From contig CAWDVR010000005.1 of NCBI GenBank assembly GCA_963805975.1, forward strand, positions 480,001 to 544,000: DNA of 64,000 bases, read 5' to 3'. Within the stretch, counting starts at the first letter, position 1. Each line of letters opens with the position of its first letter. This document shows positions 1 through 9,046 of the stretch, in pieces. The notes beneath the pieces were generated by a model. That model worked only from the letters and a program-made list of their open reading frames with translations, made no database searches and was not told where the DNA came from. A program made the position numbers and the translations under genes. The DNA comes from an uncultured Acidobacteriota bacterium. GTDB lineage: Bacteria; Acidobacteriota; Thermoanaerobaculia; Multivoradales; SZUA-115.

Positions 1-480
1 GCCTGGCTCCTCAACCTGGGCGTGCGGCCCGATCGCCTCTTCGGCCTCGAGGCCGGCGGCGCCTTCTACGTCGATCGGCTCTCCCCCGCGGCGGGCCCGG
101 AGGTGGACGAGAGGATCTCGTCGGCCTACCTGGTCTGGCAGCGCTACGAAGGCGAGCTGATCGCCGAGCTCGCCCAGGTGCGGCACCGGCCGGCCCTGGC
201 AACAGAGACCTTCACCAGCCGGGCCTACTACCTGCAGGCCGCCTACCGGCTGCCGTGGGCCGGAGAGCGGGTCAAGCCCTACTTCCGCTACGAGTCGATC
301 GAGGTCGCCGCGGGCGATCCGATCTTCGCCGGGGTCGTCCCCGAGCTCGAAGGCTCCACCTTCGGCCTGCGTCTGGACTTCACCCAGTTCGCCGCCCTGA
401 AGGCCGAGTACCGGCTCTTCGAGCGACCCGACCGGCAGGAAGAGCGCGGTGGGTTTGCCCAGGTGGCCTTCACTTTCTAG
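1..480 (+). CDS. Outer-membrane beta-barrel/porin-like protein, C-terminal part (5' truncated by window edge)
   Basis: Frame is open from base 1 to TAG at 478-480. It has alternating beta-strand patterns (YYLQAAYR, TFGLRLDF, ALKAEY) and a C-terminal Phe (QVAFTF) typical of BAM substrates. Confidence 0.7.
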   Translation, partial: AWLLNLGVRPDRLFGLEAGGAFYVDRLSPAAGPEVDERISSAYLVWQRYEGELIAELAQVRHRPALATETFTSRAYYLQAAYRLPWAGERVKPYFRYESIEVAAGDPIFAGVVPELEGSTFGLRLDFTQFAALKAEYRLFERPDRQEERGGFAQVAFTF

Positions 481-482
481 CC

Positions 483-974
483 ATGATCCCTCGCTGCTGC
501 TCGGCCCCATCGACGAAGCCCTGGTGGCTCTGTCTGGCTCTGGCGCTGGCCGGGCTCGCGGCGCCGGCGGCGGCCCAGGACGTGGCGGTGGTGGTGTCCG
601 CGGGCATCCGCGACGAGGGGCTGACCCTGGGCGACCTGCGGGAGATCTACCTCGGCAACCGGCAGTACTGGCAGCCTGGCCTGCGGGTGGTGCCCCTGGT
701 CTGGGGACCCCAGGAGCGCGAGCAGCAGGTGCTTCTCGAGCGCGTCTACAGGATGAGCGAGGACCGCTACCGACAGCACTGGATCGCCAAGATCTTCCGC
801 GACGAGGCCACCTCGAAGCCGATCGAGATCCTCTCGGCCCCCATGCTCGCCCAGGCCCTGGCGAGGCTTCCCGGGGCGATCGCCCTGGTGAGGGCCGAGC
901 GCATCCCGCCGGGCCTGCGGGTGCTGGCGGTGGACGGCCGTCGCCCCGGGGACCCGGACTACCCGCTGAGGTAG
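483..974 (+). CDS. Small exported periplasmic-binding-fold protein (family usually annotated 'phosphate ABC transporter substrate-binding-like')
   Basis: ATG at 483 and signal peptide LALALAGLAAPAAA-Q. Motifs VAVVV, LREIYLG..QYW, GAIALV and VLAVDG match this short PstS-like family. Confidence 0.65.
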   Translation: MIPRCCSAPSTKPWWLCLALALAGLAAPAAAQDVAVVVSAGIRDEGLTLGDLREIYLGNRQYWQPGLRVVPLVWGPQEREQQVLLERVYRMSEDRYRQHWIAKIFRDEATSKPIEILSAPMLAQALARLPGAIALVRAERIPPGLRVLAVDGRRPGDPDYPLR

Positions 975-983
975 CAGAGAGCG

Positions 984-2573
984 ATGACCATCCGCGCCCG
1001 GCTCGCGCTCGCCTTCCTGGCGATCCTCCTGCTCTTCGCCGGGAACCTGGGGATCTACCGCTGGAGCATCGGCCGGAGCACCGCCGCCGTCGGCGACCTC
1101 GAGCGCCAGGTCTCGCGCCAACTGCTGCTGATCGAGATCCGCCGCCGGCTCACCGATCTGCGCCAGGAGGTGAGCCTGCTGGCGGGCCTGGGGATGAAGG
1201 TGGAGAGCGACGAGGCAGGGGGCGAGCCGCTGCAGGCCTTCGAGGCCGAGGTGCGGAAGGTCACCGACCGCATCGAGGATCTCGAGCGCCGCTCGGGGCG
1301 CGAGGCCGCCGAGGTGGAGCCCTTCGTCGCCACCTTCCAGGCTCTCTCGGCCTCCTGGAGGAGCTTTTACGGCTTTCTCGCCTCCGACCCGGCGAGCGCC
1401 GCGCTCGAGGTGGCGGCCAACGCCGAGCCGCTCGGCGACCGGGCCCTGGCCCAGGTGCGGCAGCTCGAGGCCGCGGCCCAGGCGCGGGCCGAGGCGGCGA
1501 CCCGGCGCTTCGCCGCGGTGGCCGGCCGCAGCCAGCGCGTGGCAGAGATCCTCTTCGTGGTCTCGACCTTGGTCGCCGTCGCCGTCGCCATCGCCATGGC
1601 GCGCTATCTCGTCCGTGGCCTGGCGGAGCTGCGCCTGGGCGCCTCCCGGGTGGGCGCCGGGGACCTGGAGCACCGCATCCCCGTCCGCAGCCAGGACGAG
1701 CTGGGGCACCTGGGGAGCGCCTTCAACGATATGACCGGGCACCTCCTCGCCTCGCGCCGGCAGCTCACGCGTATCAACCACGACCTGGAGCAACGCACCG
1801 AAGACCTGGCGCGGGCCATGGAGACGGCGCGGGAGGCGGAGGAGCGGGCGCGAGCCGCGAACGAGGCGAAGAGCACCTTTCTCGCCAACATGAGCCACGA
1901 GCTGCGCACGCCGATGAACGCCATCATCGGCTACACCGAGATCCTGCTCGAGGACGCCGAGGACCAGGGGCTGCCAGAGCAGGTCCCCGACCTGCAGCGG
2001 ATCCGGAGCGCCGGCAAGCATCTGCTGGCCCTGATCAGCGACGTTCTCGACGTGTCGAAGATCGAGGCCGGCAAGATGACCCTCTACCTCGAGCGCTTCG
2101 AGGTCGAGCCCTTGCTCGCCGAGATCCTCGACACCATCCGGCCGCTGGCCGAGACCAATGCCAACACCGTGCAGCACGAGCTCGGGCCGGGTCTCGGGGT
2201 CATGAAGGCGGACGTCACCAAGCTGCGCCAGACGCTCTTCAACCTGCTGTCGAACGCCTGCAAGTTCACCGATCGGGGCGTCATCCGCCTGAGCGCCGAG
2301 CGGCGCGGTGAGCCGGACGGCGAATGGCTGATCTTCCGGGTCGCCGACTCGGGGATCGGCATGAGCCCGGAGCAGAGCGCCCGCATCTTCGAGGCCTTCA
2401 CCCAGGCCGACTCTTCCACCACCCGCCGCTACGGCGGCACTGGGCTGGGGCTCAAGATCAGCAAGGAGTTCGCTCTCATGATGGGCGGCGACGTTGAGGT
2501 CGAGAGCGCCCTCGGTCAGGGCACGACCTTCACCCTCCGGCTGCCGAGCGAGGTACAGCTGCCCGGTTCTTGA
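984..2573 (+). CDS. Membrane sensor histidine kinase (2 TM, HAMP, HisKA, HATPase_c; no receiver domain)
   Basis: H-box FLANMSHELRTPMNAIIG, N-box NLLSNACKFT, G1 DSGIG, G2 GGTGLGL, and HAMP segment DELGHLGSAFNDM. Confidence 0.95.
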   Translation: MTIRARLALAFLAILLLFAGNLGIYRWSIGRSTAAVGDLERQVSRQLLLIEIRRRLTDLRQEVSLLAGLGMKVESDEAGGEPLQAFEAEVRKVTDRIEDLERRSGREAAEVEPFVATFQALSASWRSFYGFLASDPASAALEVAANAEPLGDRALAQVRQLEAAAQARAEAATRRFAAVAGRSQRVAEILFVVSTLVAVAVAIAMARYLVRGLAELRLGASRVGAGDLEHRIPVRSQDELGHLGSAFNDMTGHLLASRRQLTRINHDLEQRTEDLARAMETAREAEERARAANEAKSTFLANMSHELRTPMNAIIGYTEILLEDAEDQGLPEQVPDLQRIRSAGKHLLALISDVLDVSKIEAGKMTLYLERFEVEPLLAEILDTIRPLAETNANTVQHELGPGLGVMKADVTKLRQTLFNLLSNACKFTDRGVIRLSAERRGEPDGEWLIFRVADSGIGMSPEQSARIFEAFTQADSSTTRRYGGTGLGLKISKEFALMMGGDVEVESALGQGTTFTLRLPSEVQLPGS

Positions 2574-2584
2574 CTCTTGACTGG

Positions 2585-2602
2585 ATGTAGGACGTCCTAC
2601 AT
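2585..2602. promoter_or_regulatory. Perfect 18-bp palindrome (ATGTAGGACGTCCTACAT), likely TA autoregulatory operator
   Basis: Lies between TTGACT (2577-2582) and TATACT (2603-2608), just upstream of the phd/vapC pair. Confidence 0.7.
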
Positions 2603-2634
2603 TATACTGGCTGGTGACCGAGGAGAGCGAACCC

Positions 2635-2883
2635 ATGCAGCATCGAGCCAGCCTCAGAGAGATCAACCAGCAGCTCGCCCGCTACGTGAAGGATGTCGAA
2701 GGAGGCGACGAGGTGGTGATCACCCGCCGCGGCAAGCCCATCGCCCGGCTGGTGCCCATCACTTCCGAACGCCTCCTGTCACCGGACCAGCACGCGGCGC
2801 TCGCGAGAAGCCTCGCGCGCATGCGCCGTGGCTACCCGCTGGGCGGCCGGATGCCGCCGCGGGACGAGCTCCATGAGCGCTGA
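2635..2883 (+). CDS. Phd/YefM-family antitoxin
   Basis: ASLREINQQLARYVKDVEGGDEVVITRRGKPIARLVP is the Phd/YefM signature. AGGAG precedes ATG 2635. Confidence 0.9.
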   Translation: MQHRASLREINQQLARYVKDVEGGDEVVITRRGKPIARLVPITSERLLSPDQHAALARSLARMRRGYPLGGRMPPRDELHER

Positions 2884-3310
2884 GCGGATCAGCCTCGACG
2901 CCAACGTCCTCTTCTACTCGGTCGACCGCGACGCGGGCGAGAAGCGCGAGCGCGCCATCGAGATCATCCACCGCGCGGCGCTCGAGCTCGATTGCGTGCT
3001 CACCGCGCAGGCCCTGGCCGAGTTCTTCGTGGCCACCACCCGCAAGGGGAAGATGGCGGCGAAAGAAGCAGAGGCCCAGGTCGAAGACTGGCAAACCCTA
3101 TTCGGTGCGGCGCCGACCACCGGCAAGAGCCTCCGGCAGGCGATCCAGGTCGTGCAACAACACTCGATCGCCTTCTGGGACGCCATGCTCTGGGCCGCCG
3201 CCCGCGAAGCGGGCGTCACCCTGCTGCTCAGCGAAGACCTCCAGGACGGAAGAGAGCTGGGAGGAGTGCGGTTCAGGAACCCGTTCGGGGAGGGGTGGAG
3301 CTCGCAGTAG
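2873..3310 (+). CDS. vapC: PIN-domain (VapC-like) toxin
   Basis: LDANVLFY, LAEF, FWDAMLWAAA and LLSEDLQDG carry the PIN acidic residues. The gene overlaps the antitoxin stop. Confidence 0.9.
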   Translation: MSAERISLDANVLFYSVDRDAGEKRERAIEIIHRAALELDCVLTAQALAEFFVATTRKGKMAAKEAEAQVEDWQTLFGAAPTTGKSLRQAIQVVQQHSIAFWDAMLWAAAREAGVTLLLSEDLQDGRELGGVRFRNPFGEGWSSQ

Positions 3311-4685
3311 GGCGCAGCGCCATCCCCAGCACCCCGTTGAGCAGCACTCCCAGCGTCACCGCGATCACCACGCCGTTGCCGAGCATCAGCCGGGTGAGGG
3401 GCGGGAGGGCCTGGAACCATTCGGAGCCGGTCGGGACGGCGAGGGGCAGGGTGAGGGCGGCGGATAGGGTGATGGCGGTGGTGAGGAGGTAGGTCTCGTC
3501 CTTGGGTCCGCTTCCCAGGAGGCGGAGGCCGGCGGTGGCGATCATGCCGCAGACCACGAGGAAGACCGCGCCCACCACCGGCCGCGGGATGAGGACGAGC
3601 AGCGCGCCGAGCTTCGGGGAGAGGCCGTAGAGCAGCAGGAGCACCGCCGCCACCTGCACCACGCGCCGGCTGGCCACGCGGGTGGTGGCGATGACGCCGG
3701 TGTTCTGGGCGTAGGTGGTGAGCGGCAGCGCGCCGAAGAGCGGCCCCACCGCCGAGGCGATGCCCTCCACCGTGATGCCACGGTTGATGTGCTGCACGCG
3801 GTAGGTGATACCGGAGACCGCGCAGGTGCCGGCGTAGTCCCCGATCGCCTCGGCCATCGAGCCCAGGTAGCCGATCGAGACCCCGAAGACCGCGGCGCCC
3901 ACCAGCTCCCAGCCGAGGCCCGGCCCGCCGAAAGCGAAGAGGCGCGGCAGACCGAACCACGGCGCCGCGGAGAGAGCGCCGAAGTTGGCCAGTCCCAGGA
4001 GGCTCGCCCCGAGGACCCCGAAGAGAAACAGGGAGAGGAGGATCGACCCGCGTGCCAGCACTCCGATGCCGAGCCGGTTGCCGAGGACCGTGAAGAAGAG
4101 GATCGAGAGCACCGTGCCGCCGGCCAGCCCGAGCATCTGTGGCCGCAGGTCGGAGAACAGCCACCCGCCGGCGACGCGGGCGAGCGTGATGCCGATCGTC
4201 AGCACGATGATGCCGCAGACGTAGGGCGGCAGGAAGCGCCGCAGGCGCGCCAGGACGCCGGAGAGCCCGATCACCGTCTCGGCGAGGCCGGCCACGAACC
4301 CTGCCATCCACATGGCATTGGGACCGAAGATCGCCCCGGCCGAGGCCATGGCGCCGGTGTCCGTGGCGGAGGGGCCGAGCACGGAAGGCAGCCGGTTGCC
4401 CCAGGTGGCGTTGACGAAGGTGGCGATGCCCATCAGCGTGAGACAGGCCGAGATCATGTACGCCGCCTGCTCGGCGGAGTAGCCCACGGCCCCGGCCACC
4501 ACCAGCGGCAGCACGTACGGGGACACGTCCACCAGCGTGTGCTGCCAGGCGTAGAGCAGGGTCTCGAGCGGCGGCGGCACCTCGTCCACCCGCACCGCAG
4601 GGTCGGCGACCTCGAGCTCCTCCTGCCAGACGCGAGCGTCTTCCGGCGCGTCCCCTCGGGCCTCGGCGGGCTCCACTCGTCTCAT
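3273..4685 (-). CDS. NCS2/NAT nucleobase (xanthine/uracil) permease
   Basis: TM1 QH motif (AWQH) and NAT signature TTYAQNTGVIATTRV; about 12-14 hydrophobic segments. The ATG overlaps the BCCP stop. Confidence 0.9.
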   Translation of the reverse strand: MRRVEPAEARGDAPEDARVWQEELEVADPAVRVDEVPPPLETLLYAWQHTLVDVSPYVLPLVVAGAVGYSAEQAAYMISACLTLMGIATFVNATWGNRLPSVLGPSATDTGAMASAGAIFGPNAMWMAGFVAGLAETVIGLSGVLARLRRFLPPYVCGIIVLTIGITLARVAGGWLFSDLRPQMLGLAGGTVLSILFFTVLGNRLGIGVLARGSILLSLFLFGVLGASLLGLANFGALSAAPWFGLPRLFAFGGPGLGWELVGAAVFGVSIGYLGSMAEAIGDYAGTCAVSGITYRVQHINRGITVEGIASAVGPLFGALPLTTYAQNTGVIATTRVASRRVVQVAAVLLLLYGLSPKLGALLVLIPRPVVGAVFLVVCGMIATAGLRLLGSGPKDETYLLTTAITLSAALTLPLAVPTGSEWFQALPPLTRLMLGNGVVIAVTLGVLLNGVLGMALRPTASSTPPRTGS

Positions 4686-5185
4686 TCCATCTCGAACAGT
4701 GGGTCCCCGCCTTCGACCGCCTGGCCGGGCGCCACGTGGATCGCGAGCAGCGTGCCGGCGTGGTCGGCGCGGATCTCGTTCTCCATCTTCATCGCCTCGA
4801 GGACGACGATGCCCTGGCCGGCGGTGACGGCCTCGCCCACGGCGGCGAGCACCGCCACCACACGGCCCGGCATGTAGGCCTTCACGGTGCGCCGGCCCTG
4901 GGCGCGGGAACCGCCGTGGCTGGCCCGGGCGAGGTGGGTCAGAGGGTCGGCGAGCTCGACGACCTGGGAGCCGCTGCGGCTCCCCACACGGTAGGTGCCG
5001 TCGCTCTCGCGGTGGATGGAGACCTCGTGCTGGGCGCCTTCGACGACGAGGCTCAGCCGCCCGGGGCCGACGGTCACGGCATCGACGGCGTAGACGCACT
5101 CGCCGACCTGGACCTCGAAGAGGTCGCCGCGGCGGCGGATCGAGACCCGCTGCTCCACATCGCCCGTCTTCGCGATCAGTTCCAT
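4682..5185 (-). CDS. Biotin carboxyl carrier protein (acyl-CoA carboxylase)
   Basis: MPGRVV...LEAMKMENEI biotinylation motif. Confidence 0.93.
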   Translation of the reverse strand: MELIAKTGDVEQRVSIRRRGDLFEVQVGECVYAVDAVTVGPGRLSLVVEGAQHEVSIHRESDGTYRVGSRSGSQVVELADPLTHLARASHGGSRAQGRRTVKAYMPGRVVAVLAAVGEAVTAGQGIVVLEAMKMENEIRADHAGTLLAIHVAPGQAVEGGDPLFEME

Positions 5186-5189
5186 GCGC

Positions 5190-6761
5190 TCAGCTCCAAC
5201 CGCCGCCCCGCAGGGACTCGCGCCGGGCCGTCTGCCGCCAGCCGGCGCGGCGGGCGCCCGCCTCCGGCTTGCCGCTCGCCTCGGCCCCTGCCGCCCCGAC
5301 CCCGGCCCGGACCGCCTCCCGTTGGTGGACGAGAGCGGCGGCGATCACCGCGAGGTCCGCGAACGGCATCTCGGCCGGCGGCCGGAGCTCACCGGCCGCG
5401 AGCTTCCTGTCCAGCATGCCGATGTCGAGGTTGCCGGCGAGGAAGTCCGGGTCTTCGAGCAGAGCGAGGTAGAGCGGCGCCGTGGTGCGGATGCCCTCGA
5501 CCCGCAGCTCGAGGAGCGCGCGCTTGAGCCGCGCCAGCGCCTCTCGCCGGTCCGCGCCCCAGACGATGAGCTTGGCGAGCATCGGGTCGTAGTGGATCGA
5601 GACCTCGGCGCCCTCGTAGACGCCGCAGTCGTTCCTCACGCCGGGCCCCTCGGGCAGGCGGAGCACGGTGAGCCGTCCCGGCGACGGCGCAAAGCGCTGG
5701 TACGGGTCCTCGGCGTAGAGCCGCACCTCGACGGCGTGGCCGCGCGGCTCGACGGTGTCGAGCCACGCCGGCAGCGGCTCGCCCTCGGCGATCCGGATCT
5801 GTGCCGTCACCAGGTCGAGGCCGGTCACCAGCTCGGTCACCGGGTGCTCCACCTGGAGGCGGGTGTTCATCTCGAGGAAGTAGAACTCGCCGCTCTCGGC
5901 GAGGAGGAACTCGCAGGTGCCGGCGTTGGCGTAGCCCACCGCGGCGGCGGCGCGCACCGCGGCCTCGCCCATGGCGCGGCGCAGCTCGGGCGACACGACG
6001 GGCGACGGCGCTTCCTCCACCACCTTCTGGTGGCGGCGCTGGAGCGAGCACTCGCGCTCGCCCAAGGACACCACCTTGCCGTACTCGTCGCCGAGCACCT
6101 GGATCTCGACGTGCCGGGGTCGGTCGATGAGCTTCTCCAGGTACACGGCGTCGTCGCCGAAGCTCGCCAGGGCCTCGGAGCGCGCGGCGCGGAAGGCGCT
6201 CGCCAGGTCGTCCTCGCCCGCCACGGCCCGCATCCCCTTGCCGCCACCGCCCGCCGCCGCCTTGAGCATCACGGGATAGCCGATCGTCTCCGCCGCCGCC
6301 CGCGCCGATTCGAGCTCGGGCAGCGGGTCGCGCCCGCCGGGTACCACCGGCACGCCGGCGTCGATCATCCGCCGCCGGCTCTCGACCTTGGAGCCCATGG
6401 CGTCCATGGCCTCGGGCGAGGGGCCGATGAAGGTGACCCCGGCGTCGCGGCACAGGCGGGCGAAGTGCGGGCGCTCCGAGAGGAAGCCGTAGCCGGGATG
6501 GATGGCGTCCGCGCCGATCGCGACCGCCAGCTCGACGATGGCCTCGGCCTTCAGATAGCTCTCGCGCGACGCGGCAGGGCCGATGCGGTGCGCCTCGTCC
6601 GCCAGGAGCACCGGCAGGCCGGCGCGGTCGGGGTCCGAGTAGACGACGGCGGCGCGCTTGCCGAGATCGTGCAGCGCGCGGATGATGCGCACCGCGATCT
6701 CACCGCGGTTGGCGATCAGAACCTTGTGAATCGGCCGGTGGAACGGCTCTTTCGCGGGCAT
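5190..6761 (-). CDS. accC: Biotin carboxylase subunit (acetyl/propionyl-CoA carboxylase)
   Basis: KVLIANRGEIA, HPGYGFLSE, GGGGKGMR, ERECSLQRRHQK, FLEMNTRLQVEHPVTE, YDPMLAKLI. Confidence 0.93.
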   Translation of the reverse strand: MPAKEPFHRPIHKVLIANRGEIAVRIIRALHDLGKRAAVVYSDPDRAGLPVLLADEAHRIGPAASRESYLKAEAIVELAVAIGADAIHPGYGFLSERPHFARLCRDAGVTFIGPSPEAMDAMGSKVESRRRMIDAGVPVVPGGRDPLPELESARAAAETIGYPVMLKAAAGGGGKGMRAVAGEDDLASAFRAARSEALASFGDDAVYLEKLIDRPRHVEIQVLGDEYGKVVSLGERECSLQRRHQKVVEEAPSPVVSPELRRAMGEAAVRAAAAVGYANAGTCEFLLAESGEFYFLEMNTRLQVEHPVTELVTGLDLVTAQIRIAEGEPLPAWLDTVEPRGHAVEVRLYAEDPYQRFAPSPGRLTVLRLPEGPGVRNDCGVYEGAEVSIHYDPMLAKLIVWGADRREALARLKRALLELRVEGIRTTAPLYLALLEDPDFLAGNLDIGMLDRKLAAGELRPPAEMPFADLAVIAAALVHQREAVRAGVGAAGAEASGKPEAGARRAGWRQTARRESLRGGGWS

Positions 6762-9027
6762 GCGAGGGCGGGAGTCTAACCCACCGCTCGCGAGGGCGAC
6801 TCTCCCGCTGCGGTGCTCGAGCTCCCTGGCGGGCGGCCTGCGCTCCTCGCGGGAGAGTCGCCCTCGCGCCCCGCGTCGATCGACGAGCCGAGGATCTGGC
6901 AGCCGGCCGCCAGAGCGCCACCAACCCGAGCCCCAGCCACGCCAGCGTCGAGAGCGGCAGCGTCCAGAGGAGCGGCCGGCGATCGACCTCGACCTCCACA
7001 CGGTGCCGGCCGGCCGGTACTTCGACGCCCAGCAGATAGAAGTTGGCGACCACGGTGCGGGCGGGCTCGCCGTCGATCGTCGCTCTCCAGAGGGGCAGAA
7101 AGGCGCGCCGCAGCACGAGGAGCCCGCCGCGCTCGGAGTTGGCCTCGGCCGTCAGCCGTTCCGCTTCGTTGACCAGTACCTTCACCTCGCCCGGCGGGCC
7201 GTCGAGCCCCGCTCCTGAGCCGAGCGCCACGGCCTCCGTGCGCGGGTCGAAGGTGGGATCGGTGAGCCGCCGGAAGAAACCATCCGGGTCCGCGGCACGC
7301 GAGACCTTGCCCAGGAGCTGCGCCTCGCCGAGCGCGCCGGCGATCTCGTAGAGGTGGAGCGACTGGCCGAAGCTCGGCCAGGTGGCGTCCAGCCGCGCGG
7401 CCCCGGCCAGCTCCGCGGGCAAGGTCCGGTTGAGCAGCAGGCGGTCCACGCCGGTCGCTTTGAGCAGCGCCAGGCGCTCGCGGTCCGGAGAGCCGGCCAC
7501 CGCGGCCTGGGCGACCCGGCTCCAGAACGAGTCCAGCCCCTCGGGCGAGGCGTTGAACGCGAAGCGGCGTTGGAAGAGAGGACCGGTCGCCGGGTAGAGC
7601 TCGTAGAGAGCGCGGCGCGCGAGCCACAGGGACTGGAGCTCCGGGAAGCGGCCGGACGCGAGCGGTGACGGCCCGAACAGGCCGCCGGCGCCGCCGTGGA
7701 CGACCACCGAGGTCTTGGGAACGCGGTCGAGCACCAGCGGCGGCAGCTCGTAGGGCAGCGCGGCGTCCGTGGCGTAGAGCGGCGCCAGCACCCAGAGCTG
7801 GGCAGCGGCGTGAACAGCCAGCAACACCGCTCCCCACACCGCCGCCCGGCTCGCTCCGAGGCGCCTCACGACCACCGCTTCCGGCTGCACGAAGAGCCGC
7901 TCGAAGCCCAGCCCGGCGAGCACCGAGGCGCCGATCCCTACGGCGAGGAAGAGCTTCACCGGGTAGCGCAGGCCCGGCAGCGCGAAGGCCCACTCGGCCA
8001 GAGGATTGTGGCGGCCGAGCGCGAAGAACAGGCCCACGGCGATGGCGCCGAGCGCCCAGCGGGCGGCGCTCCACCGCCAGCGGGCGCCCAAGGCCGTGAG
8101 CGCCAGCGCGAAGAGGCCCGGCGCGAGCGAGAAGTAGAAGGGTGGCGAGCCGCCGTAGAAGCGGTGTGCGGAGAGGCCGCCCTCACCCAGGAGGTCCGGC
8201 CGGCCGAAGCAGAGCGGCACCAGGATCTCGAGCGCCTGGCGCGGATCGAAGCTCGCGGCCGTGGCGGCGGCCAGCGAGTAGCCGTAGGCGGCGCGGAACG
8301 AGCCGGGGACGATGCGGGCCAGCTCCACGAGCTGCGGCAACGCGGCGAGCGTGCCGAGGGCGAGCGCGGCGGCGAGCGCCCCGGACACTCTCCGCCAGCG
8401 CGGGCCCTCCTCCCGCAACCGGACGGCCACCGCCGAGGCGGCGAGGAGCAGCGCGAGACCTGCCAGCATCGGATCGCCGGCCAGGAGCAGCAGCGCCCAG
8501 AGCGCACCGGCGGCGGCGAGATGGAGCCTCCGCCGGTCACCTACCAATCCCAGGCAGGCGGCCACGAACGCCGGCGCCAGGGTCACGCCGGAGACCGCGT
8601 TGTAGAGGTTGAGCTGCGAGAGGTAATAGCCGGAAAAGGCCCACGCCACGCCGGCCGCCCAGGAAGCCCGCCGCGACAGGCCCCAGGCCCTCCCCAGCCA
8701 AAACATCGCCGGCGCGGCCAGCAGCCAGTGCAGCCAGAAGTGGGCGTTGAGGGCCCAGAGCGAGCCACGGGCCAGGAGAAAGTTGTCCGGGTAGAGCGGA
8801 GCGGCGTTGAGGTTCCCGGCGAGCGGCTGGCCGAGCCCGCGGTAGGGGTCGATCAGCGGCAGCCGGCCCTCGGCCATCGCCTGGCCCTGGGCCGCCTTCA
8901 TCGGCAGGTGGGTGACGAAGACGTCGCGCAGGAAGAGCGTGTCGCTGCCACGGGCGAGCGGAAAGATCACCCACGCCAGCATGGCGAGCGGCGGGACGAC
9001 GTAGAGCAGGAGCCGGCGGAGGTTCAT
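6700..9027 (-). CDS. YfhO-like polytopic membrane protein (putative GT-C glycosyltransferase)
   Basis: N-terminal LRD...PLIDPY..GQPL.GN...LYP motif, many TM helices, and C-terminal W.ATIDG...AN..LLGVEVPAGRHRVE followed by a TM helix. Confidence 0.75.
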   Translation of the reverse strand: MNLRRLLLYVVPPLAMLAWVIFPLARGSDTLFLRDVFVTHLPMKAAQGQAMAEGRLPLIDPYRGLGQPLAGNLNAAPLYPDNFLLARGSLWALNAHFWLHWLLAAPAMFWLGRAWGLSRRASWAAGVAWAFSGYYLSQLNLYNAVSGVTLAPAFVAACLGLVGDRRRLHLAAAGALWALLLLAGDPMLAGLALLLAASAVAVRLREEGPRWRRVSGALAAALALGTLAALPQLVELARIVPGSFRAAYGYSLAAATAASFDPRQALEILVPLCFGRPDLLGEGGLSAHRFYGGSPPFYFSLAPGLFALALTALGARWRWSAARWALGAIAVGLFFALGRHNPLAEWAFALPGLRYPVKLFLAVGIGASVLAGLGFERLFVQPEAVVVRRLGASRAAVWGAVLLAVHAAAQLWVLAPLYATDAALPYELPPLVLDRVPKTSVVVHGGAGGLFGPSPLASGRFPELQSLWLARRALYELYPATGPLFQRRFAFNASPEGLDSFWSRVAQAAVAGSPDRERLALLKATGVDRLLLNRTLPAELAGAARLDATWPSFGQSLHLYEIAGALGEAQLLGKVSRAADPDGFFRRLTDPTFDPRTEAVALGSGAGLDGPPGEVKVLVNEAERLTAEANSERGGLLVLRRAFLPLWRATIDGEPARTVVANFYLLGVEVPAGRHRVEVEVDRRPLLWTLPLSTLAWLGLGLVALWRPAARSSARRSTRGARATLPRGAQAARQGARAPQRESRPRERWVRLPPSHARERAVPPADSQGSDRQPR
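6789..6868. repeat. Hairpin element copy 1: perfect 20-bp inverted arms around a 40-nt conserved core
   Basis: Arms 6789-6808 (CGCGAGGGCGACTCTCCCGC) and 6849-6868. Core 6809-6848 is 39/40 identical to 36908-36947. Confidence 0.9.
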
Positions 9028-9046
9028 CGGGCCGGGGAATCATAGA

